Source of the DNA: Fibrobacter succinogenes subsp. succinogenes S85
Lineage (GTDB): Bacteria; Fibrobacterota; Fibrobacteria; Fibrobacterales; Fibrobacteraceae
Assembly: GCF_000146505.1 (NCBI RefSeq)
Contig: NC_017448.1
Coordinates: 390,001-422,000, forward strand
DNA length: 32,000 bases
Direction of reading: 5' to 3'
The translations under genes were made by a program, and so were the position numbers. This document shows positions 15,656 through 24,289 of this stretch, in pieces. The notes beneath the pieces were generated by a model that searched no databases, was not told the origin of the DNA, and saw only the letters and a list, made by a program, of their open reading frames with translations. The first letter of the stretch is position 1, and the number at the start of each line of letters is the position of its first letter.

Positions 15656-18600
15656 TTACCCTACGAAGATACGGCCGTTGCGGAACAGCTGCATCCACGG
15701 GCCATCTTCACCCCATTCTGCTGGGTGCCAAGAGTATTGGCAGGTGCGGAATACGCGTTCCGGGTGCGGCATCATCACGAGAGCGCGGCCGTCTTCAGAG
15801 CAGAGGCCGTTGATGCCAAACGGAGAACCGTTCGGGTTGAGCGGATAGCGTTCGGTGTATTCGTGCTTGCCGTCGACATAGCGGAGAGCCACGAGACCCG
15901 TCTTGAGACATGCTTCAGCGGCTTCGCGACTTGCGAATTCGGCACGACCTTCACCGTGAGCAACAGCGATCGGGAGGACTGAACCAGCCATACCCTTGAG
16001 GAGCACAGCCGGCGTATCTTCGACCTTCAAAGAGCAGTAACGAGCTTCGAAGCGTTCGGAGATGTTCTGCACAAAGCGCGGCCAGTGCTTAGCGCCCGGA
16101 ATCAAATCCTTGAGGTTCGAGACCATCTGGCAGCCGTTGCAAACGCCCAGCGTGAAGGTGTCCTTGCGGTTGAAGTAAGCTTCGAATTCAGCGCGAGCCT
16201 TCGGGTTGAACAAGATGCTCTTGGCCCAGCCTTCGCCTGCACCGAGAACGTCACCGTAGCTAAAGCCACCGCAAGCGACGAGACCGTTGAAGTCCTTGAG
16301 GCTTACGCGACCAGAGAGGATGTCCGTCATGTGAACGTCGATAGATTCGAAGCCAGCCTTTGCAAATGCAGCAGCCATTTCGAGTTCGCCGTTGACGCCC
16401 TGTTCACGGAGAATAGCCATCTTCGGGCGGCTTGCGTAATCCTTGATGATTTTGGCGCTTGCAGCGAGATCGAACGTGACCTTCGGCGTGATACCCGGAT
16501 CGTCCTGTTCGAGCTTGAGCTTGTATTCGCTTTCGGCACATTCCGGATTGTCACGGAGAGCGGCAATGCGGCGAGTCGTATCACTCCAGATGGCGCGGAG
16601 GTCAGAGAGGCCTTCGGCGTAGTCGCCAATCACAATGTTGTACGTATCGTTGAGCTTACCGATTTCAGAAACGGTATCGCCGAGACCGACAGCTTCAAAT
16701 GCAGCCTTAACAGCTGCGAGGTCTGCGTTTGCGACCTGGAGAACGGCACCGAGTTCTTCGTTGAACAAAGCGTCAATCACATTGCCCTTGAGAGCTGTAG
16801 CATCGAGCGTCACACCCACGTGACCGGCAAATGCCATTTCGACCACCGTCGTGAAGAGGCCGCCATCGCTCTTGTCGTGGTAAGCCATAATCTTGCCATC
16901 GGCATTGAGCTTCTGGATCGTTTCGAAGAAGGCGCGGAGTTCCTTAGCGGAATCGACATCCGGAGCCTTATCGCCGAGGAGGTTGTAAACCTGAGCGGCA
17001 ATGGATGCACCCATGCGGTTCTTGCCACGAGCGAGGTCCACGAGCACAAGCGTCGTGTCCTTCTTCTGCAAGAGCTGCGGCGTGAGCGTCTTGCGAACGT
17101 CAGCGCAAGGAGCAAACGCACTGATAACGAGCGAAATCGGAGCGGTCACGCGGTGGCTACCCTTTTCGTCCTGCCACACGGTGCTCATGCTCATGGAGTC
17201 CTTACCGACCGGAATCGTAATGCCAAGTTCCGGGCAGAGTTCCATACCGATGGACTTCACAGCTTCGTAAAGGTCAGCGCCATCGCCTTCGTAGTTCGGC
17301 GTAGCCATCCAGTTTGCGGACAAGTTTACGCGGCCCATATCCGGGACACAAGCGGCAGCCATGTTCGTGAGGGATTCAGCAACCGTCATGCGTGCTGCAG
17401 CAGCCGGAGAAATGAGAGCGATCGGAGCGCGTTCGCCCATACTCATGACTTCACCTTCGTACGTGTCGAGCGTTGCACTCGTCACGGCGCAGTCAGCAAC
17501 CGGCACCTGCCACGGACCAACCATCTGGTCACGGCAAATCATACCCGTCACAGAACGGTCACCAATGGAAATCAAGAACGTCTTATCTGCAACGGTCGGG
17601 TTAGCAAGCACGCGATGTGCAAGGTCCTTCACCGTCACACCAGCCGGCACCACCTGAGAAGAGAGCGGGCGCTTCTGGGACTTTTCATTGCGGATCATGC
17701 GAGGCGGTTTACCGAGGAGCACGCCGAGCGGCATGTCAATCGGAGTCGTGCCAAAGTGCTTGTCCGTAAGGGTCAAGTGCTTTTCAGGGATAGCCTCGCC
17801 CACTACAGCGTACGGGCAGCGTTCACGCTTACAGATAGCGTCGAACACATCGAGCTTGTCACCAGCAATAGCGATAACATAACGTTCCTGGGATTCGTTA
17901 CTCCAAATTTCGAACGGGCTCATGCCCGGTTCGTCGTTCGGCACGTTGCGGAGTTCAAACTTACCGCCGAGGCCGCCATCATTCACGAGTTCCGGGAAGG
18001 CGTTAGAAAGTCCACCTGCACCCACGTCATGAATAAACGTAATCGGGTTTTCTTCGTTCATCGCCCAGCAGCGGTCGATGACTTCCTGGCAGCGGCGTTC
18101 CATTTCCGGGTTTTCACGCTGCACAGAAGCAAAGTCGAGAGATTCGTTACCGGCACCGTTAGCAACAGAGCTTGCTGCACCGCCACCAAGACCGATCAAC
18201 ATGGCCGGACCGCCGAGAACGATCAAGTGGTCACCCGGGTCGATGTGGCCCTTCTCGATATGCTGGTGTTTGATGTTGCCCAAGCCCCCAGCCAACATAA
18301 TCGGCTTGTGGTAACCGCGGACTTCCTTGCCGTTCTGGGCATTGACTTCCTGTTCGAACGTACGGAAGTAACCGAGGATGTTCGGACGACCGTATTCGTT
18401 GTTGAATGCGGCACCACCGAGCGGGCCGTCAATCATAATGTCGAGAGCGGATGCAATGCGGGACGGACTACCAAAGTCCTTTTCCCACGGCTGAACTGCA
18501 CCCGGAAGCTTGAGGTTCGAAACGCTGAAGCCCGTAAGGCCAGCCTTCGGCTTGGAACCCTTACCCGTTGCACCTTCGTCGCGGATTTCACCACCACTAC

Positions 18601-19531
18601 CCGTAGCGGCACCCGGGAACGGAGAAATAGCCGTCGGATGGTTGTGGGTTTCGACCTTCATGAGGATGTCGACTTCTTCGTTGTGGAAGTCGTACTTGTT
18701 GTTGCGCGGGTCAGCGTAGAAGCGGCCAGCCGTTGCACCCTTCATCACAGCAGCGTTATCCTTGTAAGCGCTGAAGATGTTGGAATTGTGGAGCTGGTAA
18801 GTGTTCTTGATCATCTGGAACAAGGACTTGTCCTGCTTCACACCATCGATAGTCCATTCGGCACCGAACACCTTGTGGCGGCAGTGTTCCGAGTTGGCCT
18901 GAGCGAACATGTAAAGTTCAACGTCGGTCGGGTTGCGCTTGAGTTCGGTAAAGTTCTTGACGAGATAATCGATTTCGTCGGCGGAGAGGGCAAGGCCCAT
19001 TTCCTTGTCGGCCTTCACGAGAGCGTTGCGACCTTCGGTAAGGACCGGAATCACATTGAGCGGACGCGGTTCTTCCTTGCTGAAGAGAACTTCGAGAGCG
19101 GCAGTATCAGCAAACACAGCCTGCGTCATGCGGTCGTGAATCTTGGCAGAAATCTTTTCACGTGCGCCAGCAGGAGCTGCACCTTCAAACTTCACGTAGT
19201 AAGCAATGGCGCGTTCGATGCGCTTGATTGCCGGGAGGCCGCAAATGTGAGCGATATCGGTAGCCTTCGAGCTCCACGGGCTGATCGTACCCGGACGCGG
19301 GCAGACCACAAAGAGTTCACCTTCGAGCGCCTTGACTTCGCGCATCGGGCCGTAATGAAGGACCTTTTCGAGCGTTTCCTTTTCGGAAGCGGTCAGGTCG
19401 GCGGACAGATCCACCACATGGAGGAATTCGGCATACACAGATGCAACCGGAATCCCAGCGGCCTTAAAATCAGATGAAAGCTTTTGCAGACGGAAATCCG
19501 ACAGAGCCGGAGTACCACGAAGAATGAGCAT
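15656..19531 (-). CDS. purL: Phosphoribosylformylglycinamidine (FGAM) synthase, single-chain large form
   Basis: 1291-aa ORF with the classic N-terminus [21 protein letters not shown]-synthase-like repeats ([25 protein letters not shown]) and a C-terminal glutaminase domain (LGVCNGCQM ... MMPHPER). Confidence 0.97.
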   Translation of the reverse strand: MLILRGTPALSDFRLQKLSSDFKAAGIPVASVYAEFLHVVDLSADLTASEKETLEKVLHYGPMREVKALEGELFVVCPRPGTISPWSSKATDIAHICGLPAIKRIERAIAYYVKFEGAAPAGAREKISAKIHDRMTQAVFADTAALEVLFSKEEPRPLNVIPVLTEGRNALVKADKEMGLALSADEIDYLVKNFTELKRNPTDVELYMFAQANSEHCRHKVFGAEWTIDGVKQDKSLFQMIKNTYQLHNSNIFSAYKDNAAVMKGATAGRFYADPRNNKYDFHNEEVDILMKVETHNHPTAISPFPGAATGSGGEIRDEGATGKGSKPKAGLTGFSVSNLKLPGAVQPWEKDFGSPSRIASALDIMIDGPLGGAAFNNEYGRPNILGYFRTFEQEVNAQNGKEVRGYHKPIMLAGGLGNIKHQHIEKGHIDPGDHLIVLGGPAMLIGLGGGAASSVANGAGNESLDFASVQRENPEMERRCQEVIDRCWAMNEENPITFIHDVGAGGLSNAFPELVNDGGLGGKFELRNVPNDEPGMSPFEIWSNESQERYVIAIAGDKLDVFDAICKRERCPYAVVGEAIPEKHLTLTDKHFGTTPIDMPLGVLLGKPPRMIRNEKSQKRPLSSQVVPAGVTVKDLAHRVLANPTVADKTFLISIGDRSVTGMICRDQMVGPWQVPVADCAVTSATLDTYEGEVMSMGERAPIALISPAAAARMTVAESLTNMAAACVPDMGRVNLSANWMATPNYEGDGADLYEAVKSIGMELCPELGITIPVGKDSMSMSTVWQDEKGSHRVTAPISLVISAFAPCADVRKTLTPQLLQKKDTTLVLVDLARGKNRMGASIAAQVYNLLGDKAPDVDSAKELRAFFETIQKLNADGKIMAYHDKSDGGLFTTVVEMAFAGHVGVTLDATALKGNVIDALFNEELGAVLQVANADLAAVKAAFEAVGLGDTVSEIGKLNDTYNIVIGDYAEGLSDLRAIWSDTTRRIAALRDNPECAESEYKLKLEQDDPGITPKVTFDLAASAKIIKDYASRPKMAILREQGVNGELEMAAAFAKAGFESIDVHMTDILSGRVSLKDFNGLVACGGFSYGDVLGAGEGWAKSILFNPKARAEFEAYFNRKDTFTLGVCNGCQMVSNLKDLIPGAKHWPRFVQNISERFEARYCSLKVEDTPAVLLKGMAGSVLPIAVAHGEGRAEFASREAAEACLKTGLVALRYVDGKHEYTERYPLNPNGSPFGINGLCSEDGRALVMMPHPERVFRTCQYSWHPAEWGEDGPWMQLFRNGRIFVG

Positions 19532-19677
19532 TTTGACCTCTTTTAGCCTAAATATTTACCGCCCCAAATATAGCAATTTTCCCCCATCATCCCACCCCCA
19601 TTGTGAAATCGTCCAAAGAAGTTACGAAAGCACCGGCAAGCCATCTGATTTTGAGATGTTTTTGTTATATTAACGGC

Positions 19678-20106
19678 ATGGAATGGAACGAAGAACAGCT
19701 TAAAGAACCACGTTTAATTGATATTCCCATCGCTCACGACCAGCGTGGCAACTTGAGCGTTGTTGAAGGCGGAGAACTCATCCCGTTTGATATCAAGCGC
19801 TTGTACTACCTGTACGACGTTCCAGGCGGAACAACCCGCGGGGGCCATGCCCATCGCAAGCTACGTCAGCTGATTATCGCTGCAAGCGGTAGTTTTGACG
19901 TGATTCTGGACGACGGCAAAAAGCGTTCCAAATATTCGCTGAACCGTTCCTATCACGGGCTTTACATCCCGACAATGCATTGGCGCGAAATTGAGAACTT
20001 CTCTTCGGGCGCAGTTTGCATGGTACTCGCTTCCGAGCACTACGACAAATCCGATTACATCTATGAATATGAGGATTTTGTGAAAGAAGCTACTTCTCGT
20101 ATCTAG
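19678..20106 (+). CDS. FdtA/WxcM-like cupin sugar 3,4-ketoisomerase (TDP-4-oxo-6-deoxyhexose isomerase family)
   Basis: AHDQRGNLSVVEGGELIPFDIKRLYYLYDVPGGTTRGGHAHRKLRQLIIAASGSFDVILDDG is the FdtA/QdtA pattern. The likely start is MEWNEEQ at 19678; the track's 19603 is GTG. Confidence 0.8.
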   Translation: MEWNEEQLKEPRLIDIPIAHDQRGNLSVVEGGELIPFDIKRLYYLYDVPGGTTRGGHAHRKLRQLIIAASGSFDVILDDGKKRSKYSLNRSYHGLYIPTMHWREIENFSSGAVCMVLASEHYDKSDYIYEYEDFVKEATSRI

Positions 20107-21073
20107 CGTTCACGCAGGCGGTGGCGCCGAACGATTCCTTGTAATGGAGCAAATCTTCGTTCAAGAAGTTTCCGCCATTTTCGGTAGAAATACCCCATGA
20201 AAAATGCAGAAAGCCTTCTTCAGCCGCTTCACGCAAGGCAAAGAGGTTCATGGGAGTTGTATGATGGAACTCGCTGAAACTTTCATCCGGTGAAATATAC
20301 TGGTCGTGCAGAATACGTTTTTTTTCGAAAATAAACTGCATCATGCCGCAAACATAACGGCCCTTGAAGAACAAGCCTCTAAAACGCAAATTTTGCGGAA
20401 TTCGCTTTTTAAGGTCAATGAGTTCTTCGGCGGAATGCACCGGCTTGGTGTTATGCTTTTCTTTGGAGATTACAAGGAACCTGTGGAAAGTCCTGATATC
20501 TTCGTCACTTTCAATAGCACGATATTCCCACTTTTCAGATTCCGGGAGCGCATCAATAAACTTTTGCGCGTAATTCCAAAGACGTCTCTGGTTGCGATTG
20601 CAATTTTCAAACGGATCGACACCTTTTGAAAGTGTCGTCTGGCTACTGAGCTCTGTATGACGCGTGTAGCCTAAATGTTCCAAAACGTATTCAAGCAAGT
20701 CCGGGCTTTCTTCAGCAAAAAGCGGAGGCGTTATTTTAAGAATAGAATGCTTAAAATTCGTCGTTAAATACTGATCCGCTTCTTGAAGAATTTCAAAAAG
20801 CCTTGCACCCATGTAATACGATTTTGAAATGATGGGGCCGCCAAACGTGGAACCTGCATGCGACACGAACGTACCATCCTTGAGAACGCCCGGGAAATAC
20901 GCAACTATAGTTCCACTTTTTTGGAGGGCAAAACTCGCATCGTTAAAGCGGCCTGCGGGATGATAGTTCAAAAAACGCCTAGTCTGCAAAAAAGTGCCAT
21001 TCACCGATTCCGATTCCACGAAATGGTCAAATCGCTGGTCTAGTTCAGGGCTATAAGGCAAAATTTCGTACAT
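20090..21073 (-). CDS. FemAB-like / GNAT-fold acyl(aminoacyl)transferase family protein
   Basis: 327 aa. The N-half FLQTRRFLNYHP...SHAGSTFGGPI and the C-terminal ...FSWGISTENGGNFLNEDLLHYKESFGA resemble FemAB/BioF2-like GNAT-fold proteins. The 3' end overlaps the convergent FdtA-like gene by 17 nt. Confidence 0.55.
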   Translation of the reverse strand: MYEILPYSPELDQRFDHFVESESVNGTFLQTRRFLNYHPAGRFNDASFALQKSGTIVAYFPGVLKDGTFVSHAGSTFGGPIISKSYYMGARLFEILQEADQYLTTNFKHSILKITPPLFAEESPDLLEYVLEHLGYTRHTELSSQTTLSKGVDPFENCNRNQRRLWNYAQKFIDALPESEKWEYRAIESDEDIRTFHRFLVISKEKHNTKPVHSAEELIDLKKRIPQNLRFRGLFFKGRYVCGMMQFIFEKKRILHDQYISPDESFSEFHHTTPMNLFALREAAEEGFLHFSWGISTENGGNFLNEDLLHYKESFGATACVNARYEK

Positions 21074-21091
21074 ATCATCTCCGGCGTAGTA

Positions 21092-21901
21092 CTACTTGGA
21101 CTTCTGCGATTTTTCAGCTTTCGGCGCTTCATCCTGTTCAGCATTCTGCGCGGCCTGCTTTGCAGCCTTCTCAGCGGCATGTTCCAAACGAGCGGGCTTG
21201 CCTGCCAAATTGCGGAGCAAACCGAACAATGCCGAGAGTTCGTTACGCGTCGGGTGCAAACGCTGCAAGAGCGTGTTGAGGAAGCTATCGCGCCATGCCT
21301 GATCGTGATACTGACCCGTGAGATAGCGATCAAGGAACTTTTTGAAGCCATCAATCTGCTGAATAGTTGCAGGACCCGTTTCGGCAACGCCTCGCGTTGT
21401 GCGCTTCGCGCGGCCCTCGCCGTTCGCGAGAGCCCCGGAACGGCAAAGTTCGTACAAGCTAATCGAGACCGCTTGTCCAAGATTCAAACTCATGAGTCCC
21501 GGCACCGGAATTTCGCACTGGTACGTGCAAGCGTTCACTTCTTCAAGTGCAAGCCCGCAAGATTCACGACCGAACACAAGTGCAATCGTTCCATCTTCCG
21601 GGAGCATATCAGACAAATTCTGCACCATCGTATGCTTAATGGAACTTGCAAAAATGCGACGGCTGTATGCGACAGCGCAAGAGCAATCGCCAATGGCATC
21701 TTCAAACTTGTGGACGACCTTTGCGTTATCCAGAATGTCATGGCTATTGGCGGCCGTATGGTAAGATTTGTCCAAGACTTTGTCGCGCTTCGGATAGACA
21801 ATATAAAGTTCCGGCAATGCATAGCAATGCATGGCACGTGCGACAAAACCCACATTGTGCGGGTGTTCCGGTTCAACTAAAACAACTCTAAATTTACGCA
21901 T
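21092..21901 (-). CDS. trmJ: SpoU/TrmH-class RNA 2'-O-methyltransferase, TrmJ-like, with a Lys/Ala/Gln-rich C-terminal tail
   Basis: VVLVEPEHPHNVGFVARAMHCYALPELYIV, ALVFGRESCGL and IPVPGLMSLNLGQAVSISLYEL are SPOUT motifs arranged as in TrmJ. The tail is EKAAKQAAQNAEQDEAPKAEKSQKSK. Confidence 0.7.
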   Translation of the reverse strand: MRKFRVVLVEPEHPHNVGFVARAMHCYALPELYIVYPKRDKVLDKSYHTAANSHDILDNAKVVHKFEDAIGDCSCAVAYSRRIFASSIKHTMVQNLSDMLPEDGTIALVFGRESCGLALEEVNACTYQCEIPVPGLMSLNLGQAVSISLYELCRSGALANGEGRAKRTTRGVAETGPATIQQIDGFKKFLDRYLTGQYHDQAWRDSFLNTLLQRLHPTRNELSALFGLLRNLAGKPARLEHAAEKAAKQAAQNAEQDEAPKAEKSQKSK

Positions 21902-21905
21902 AGGA

Positions 21906-21948
21906 TAGTAGGAAGTTAGAAGTAGGAAGTAGACAGTGGTTAGTGGTT
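21906..21948. repeat. Short-period word repeats filling the nucleotidyltransferase-trmJ spacer
   Basis: AGTAGGAAGT occurs at 21907-21916 and 21921-21930 (period 14). AGTGGTT occurs twice in tandem at 21935-21941 and 21942-21948, spanning the TAA of the upstream gene. The 38-nt spacer 21902-21939 has a single C on the + strand, so the mRNA-sense strand is nearly G-free. Confidence 0.85.
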
Positions 21949-22812
21949 AGGCGGGATCTGCCAAGAGAAACCTTTTCCGCGGATTTCGTTTTCGATGGTC
22001 TCGCCAGGTTGAATTTCGGCACCTTTAAAAATCACGGAATGCGCAATTTTCACACCGTCAGGAATGACAACGCCGGGTTCCACAACCGCTTCATTCTTGT
22101 CGCGACCACATTCCGCCAAACGCGCTTCCACAGCAGCCATGAGGCCTTCAGGCGATCCCATATCAATCCACGTGGCATGCAACTGCGACATATCGACAAA
22201 CGGCGCACGGCCAGCCGCAATTTCCTGTTTCCAGAATTCACGGATATCGAACTCACCGTCGCGGATTCTCGCAAGCGCTTCATCGCTGTACCACGAAATT
22301 CCAGAGAACGTCGCAGCCGTTCCCGTATCGGCACCGAAACGTCCAGCAACACCCGCAAGGCAACCATCAGCCCCTACGCGGAACGTGTTCACCTTCGGGA
22401 AATCAACCGCCAGGAGAGCAACTTCACTGCGATTTCGTGCATTCCGCACAAACGCACCCAAGTCAAAATTGCAGTACGCGTCGCCATTCATAATCAAGAG
22501 GCCACCGCGATACCCGGCCGCATAAATCCGGCGCAAGGGGCCTGCAGTCCCGAGGATTTCCGGCGTTTCGACCCAGACCTTTTCAAAGCCAAGGCGTTCA
22601 CCCTCGCTTACAATTTGGTCGGCCAAATAATGCGCATTCGCGTGCAAGCGGACATCGCCAAGCGACTTCGCCCGCTCCATCTGGATTTCGAGAATGCTTT
22701 TGTCATAAACGCGAACCAACGGCTTCGGGATTTCCGACGTCAAAGGTCTCAGCCTTGTGCCAAGCCCAGCCGCTAGAATCAACACGTTCAATTTATCGTC
22801 AGTTCGCGTCAT
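21940..22812 (-). CDS. Sugar-phosphate nucleotidyltransferase (NTP_transferase fold with a short C-terminal left-handed beta-helix region)
   Basis: LILAAGLGTRLRPLTSEIPKPLV is the canonical G-x-G-T-R...K pyrophosphorylase motif. MNGDAYC lies mid-protein. Specificity cannot be read from the sequence. Confidence 0.75.
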   Translation of the reverse strand: MTRTDDKLNVLILAAGLGTRLRPLTSEIPKPLVRVYDKSILEIQMERAKSLGDVRLHANAHYLADQIVSEGERLGFEKVWVETPEILGTAGPLRRIYAAGYRGGLLIMNGDAYCNFDLGAFVRNARNRSEVALLAVDFPKVNTFRVGADGCLAGVAGRFGADTGTAATFSGISWYSDEALARIRDGEFDIREFWKQEIAAGRAPFVDMSQLHATWIDMGSPEGLMAAVEARLAECGRDKNEAVVEPGVVIPDGVKIAHSVIFKGAEIQPGETIENEIRGKGFSWQIPPNH

Positions 22813-22825
22813 AACTCAGCCTTAA

Positions 22826-23263
22826 TTAGACCATTGCAGCGCTAAAGGAGGCGTTGCAGATAAGCGTTTCGCCCTGCCAGATTTCGCCAGTGTACTTGTA
22901 AATGCCATGGCGAGCCATCACGAGCGTAGCCTTGAGCGTCAAGTCCTGCGGCGGAATCACCGGAGCGCGGAAACGGCAGTTTTCGACACCCATGAATGCC
23001 GGGCGCTTGCCTTCGACATCAGCCTTCTTCGCGATCATCGTCAAGAGCGTTGCGGCCTGAGCCATGGATTCGATCTGAATCACGCCCGGGAGCACCGGAT
23101 TGTTCGGGAAATGACCGTCAAAGAACTTTTCCTTGCCCGTCACGTGCCAAACAGCAACGATAGACGGCTGGTCACCTTCGGTGATTTCCTGAATTTCGTC
23201 CACGAAAGCAAACGGAGCCTTCTGAGGGAGGAGGGCATGTACTTGTTCTTCATTGTAAAGCAT
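22826..23263 (-). CDS. fabZ: 3-hydroxyacyl-ACP dehydratase
   Basis: LLPQKAPFAFVDEI..., FFDGHFPNNPVLPGVIQIESMAQAA and GEIWQGETLICNASF: canonical FabZ hotdog motifs, 145 aa. Confidence 0.93.
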   Translation of the reverse strand: MLYNEEQVHALLPQKAPFAFVDEIQEITEGDQPSIVAVWHVTGKEKFFDGHFPNNPVLPGVIQIESMAQAATLLTMIAKKADVEGKRPAFMGVENCRFRAPVIPPQDLTLKATLVMARHGIYKYTGEIWQGETLICNASFSAAMV

Positions 23264-24143
23264 AGGGCAACACCTTTTCTAAGATTGTTCTGTGGCTCAA
23301 GTGACCACCGTTGATGATTTCCAGACGAACTTTCGGGAGTGCGGGCTTTGCAAAGCAAAGGTCTCCCAACAGGTCGAGGATTTTATGACGAGCGGGTTCA
23401 TCGGCAACTCTAAACACGGGGGCTACAGCCTCCGGAGAATTGTCAAGCAAGAGCCCACAGGATTCATCCACCCCGCCAAGCAAACCTGCCTTGCGGGCTT
23501 CGTCAAATTCGTTTTTTAAAATGAAAGTTCTCGCCGCAAAGACATTGTACAAGTCTTCTGCGGAGTAAATAGAAACATTCGCCGCCGACTTAAAGACGCG
23601 ACCGTTTTCGTTTCGTTCCAGGATGTATTCCACTTCGAACGCTTCGCTCGGCGTGATTTTCACGGAACCGTAAGGCAAGTCCCACAAAGCATGCACCGGA
23701 GCATCGTAAAAAGCGAGTTCTTCAGGCGCACCCACATTTCTGCGAAATTCGCTAAAGAACGGAAGCGCACTACCGTCCATCAACGGGAGTTCAGCAACAC
23801 ACCCCTTGTCACTTTCTTCGTTGCAGGTGACATCGACCACAAAGCGGCGAGAAGGCCACATCAAGAATACTGGTGCAAGGTGTTCCGGGGACGCAAGCGT
23901 CAAAGCATGAACGCCTTCGCCCGATTCGTAAATTGCGGTACGGGCCACGCTGAACTTCAAATCCGTGAAGCACTTTGCGCAATCGGTACTGTAAAAAGAA
24001 CGACCGCCCACGCGCCATTCAACACGAGGCTCCAGTTGCGGATTATACTCCTGGACTTCAATTTTTACGTTTGCCTTGCCATAAGACAAAGACGCAGAAC
24101 TAAATTCCCACTCACGCGGGCTTTTACGAGAATCTTTTTTCAT
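23250..24143 (-). CDS. lpxC: UDP-3-O-acyl-N-acetylglucosamine deacetylase, with a divergent N-terminus
   Basis: SPEHL (E78/H79 equivalents), ELPLMDGSALPF, AARTF and RHKILDLLGDL (H238, K239, D242 and D246 equivalents), and NGGHLSH (H265 equivalent). It overlaps fabZ by 14 nt. The N-terminal GxGLHTG motif is replaced by SLSYGK. Confidence 0.85.
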   Translation of the reverse strand: MKKDSRKSPREWEFSSASLSYGKANVKIEVQEYNPQLEPRVEWRVGGRSFYSTDCAKCFTDLKFSVARTAIYESGEGVHALTLASPEHLAPVFLMWPSRRFVVDVTCNEESDKGCVAELPLMDGSALPFFSEFRRNVGAPEELAFYDAPVHALWDLPYGSVKITPSEAFEVEYILERNENGRVFKSAANVSIYSAEDLYNVFAARTFILKNEFDEARKAGLLGGVDESCGLLLDNSPEAVAPVFRVADEPARHKILDLLGDLCFAKPALPKVRLEIINGGHLSHRTILEKVLPYALQ

Positions 24144-24189
24144 TTAGATAACGGGAATTTATAAAAAAAATGCACACTTGAAAGTTAAG

Positions 24190-24266
24190 AACTTAGAACT
24201 TAGAGCTTAGAACTTAGATTTTAAAATGGAAGCCTAAGTTCTAAGAGCGGAGCGGGCTAAGTTCTA
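24190..24266. repeat. Heptamer tandem repeat (AACTTAG x4) with inverted copies, forming a nested extragenic palindrome in the lpxD-lpxC spacer
   Basis: AACTTAG is at 24190-96, 24197-203 and 24211-17, and the variant AGCTTAG is at 24204-10. The inverted unit CTAAGTT is at 24234-40 and 24257-63, and CTAAGAG is at 24241-47. CTTAGAACTTAG (24206-17) pairs perfectly with CTAAGTTCTAAG (24234-45), giving a 12-bp stem with a 16-nt loop. An outer 10-bp pairing is possible between 24194-203 and 24257-66. Confidence 0.9.
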
Positions 24267-24274
24267 CCAACTGT

Positions 24275-24289
24275 GGCGGCACAGCCGCC
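24275..24289. other. GC hairpin abutting the lpxD stop codon
   Basis: GGCGGC (24275-80), ACA, GCCGCC (24284-89). The lpxD TAG is the complement of 24289-24291. On the minus strand no U-run follows, so it is not a canonical terminator. Confidence 0.5.

Noticed and set aside
16085-19477. A 1130-aa ORF on the + strand, the second-longest in the window.
   Set aside because: It lies entirely antisense to purL, whose product carries unmistakable FGAM synthase motifs. The antisense translation is low-complexity and rich in R, A, V and H, with no recognisable motifs. Long stop-free antisense frames are a known by-product of codon bias in GC-richer genes.
20318-20325. Homopolymer tracts inside CDSs (T8 at 20318-20325 in the FemAB-like gene; T7 at 11904-11910 in P1-Q1) as phase-variation switches.
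   Set aside because: The tracts are short (7-8 nt) and encode Lys-rich segments in frame. There is no evidence of length variation or alternative frames, so this is not supportable from a single sequence.
21902-21933. Three AGGA/GGA motifs on the + strand as CsrA-type binding sites or a small sponge RNA.
   Set aside because: The motifs are on the strand antisense to both flanking genes. No promoter or terminator defines a + strand transcript, and the segment is far shorter than known Csr sponge RNAs.
24186-24266. Possible CRISPR or other spaced-repeat array.
   Set aside because: The units are 7 nt and directly abutting, or separated by only 9-16 nt. There are no 25-40-nt repeats, spacers or cas genes. 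It is better described as an extragenic palindromic repeat.
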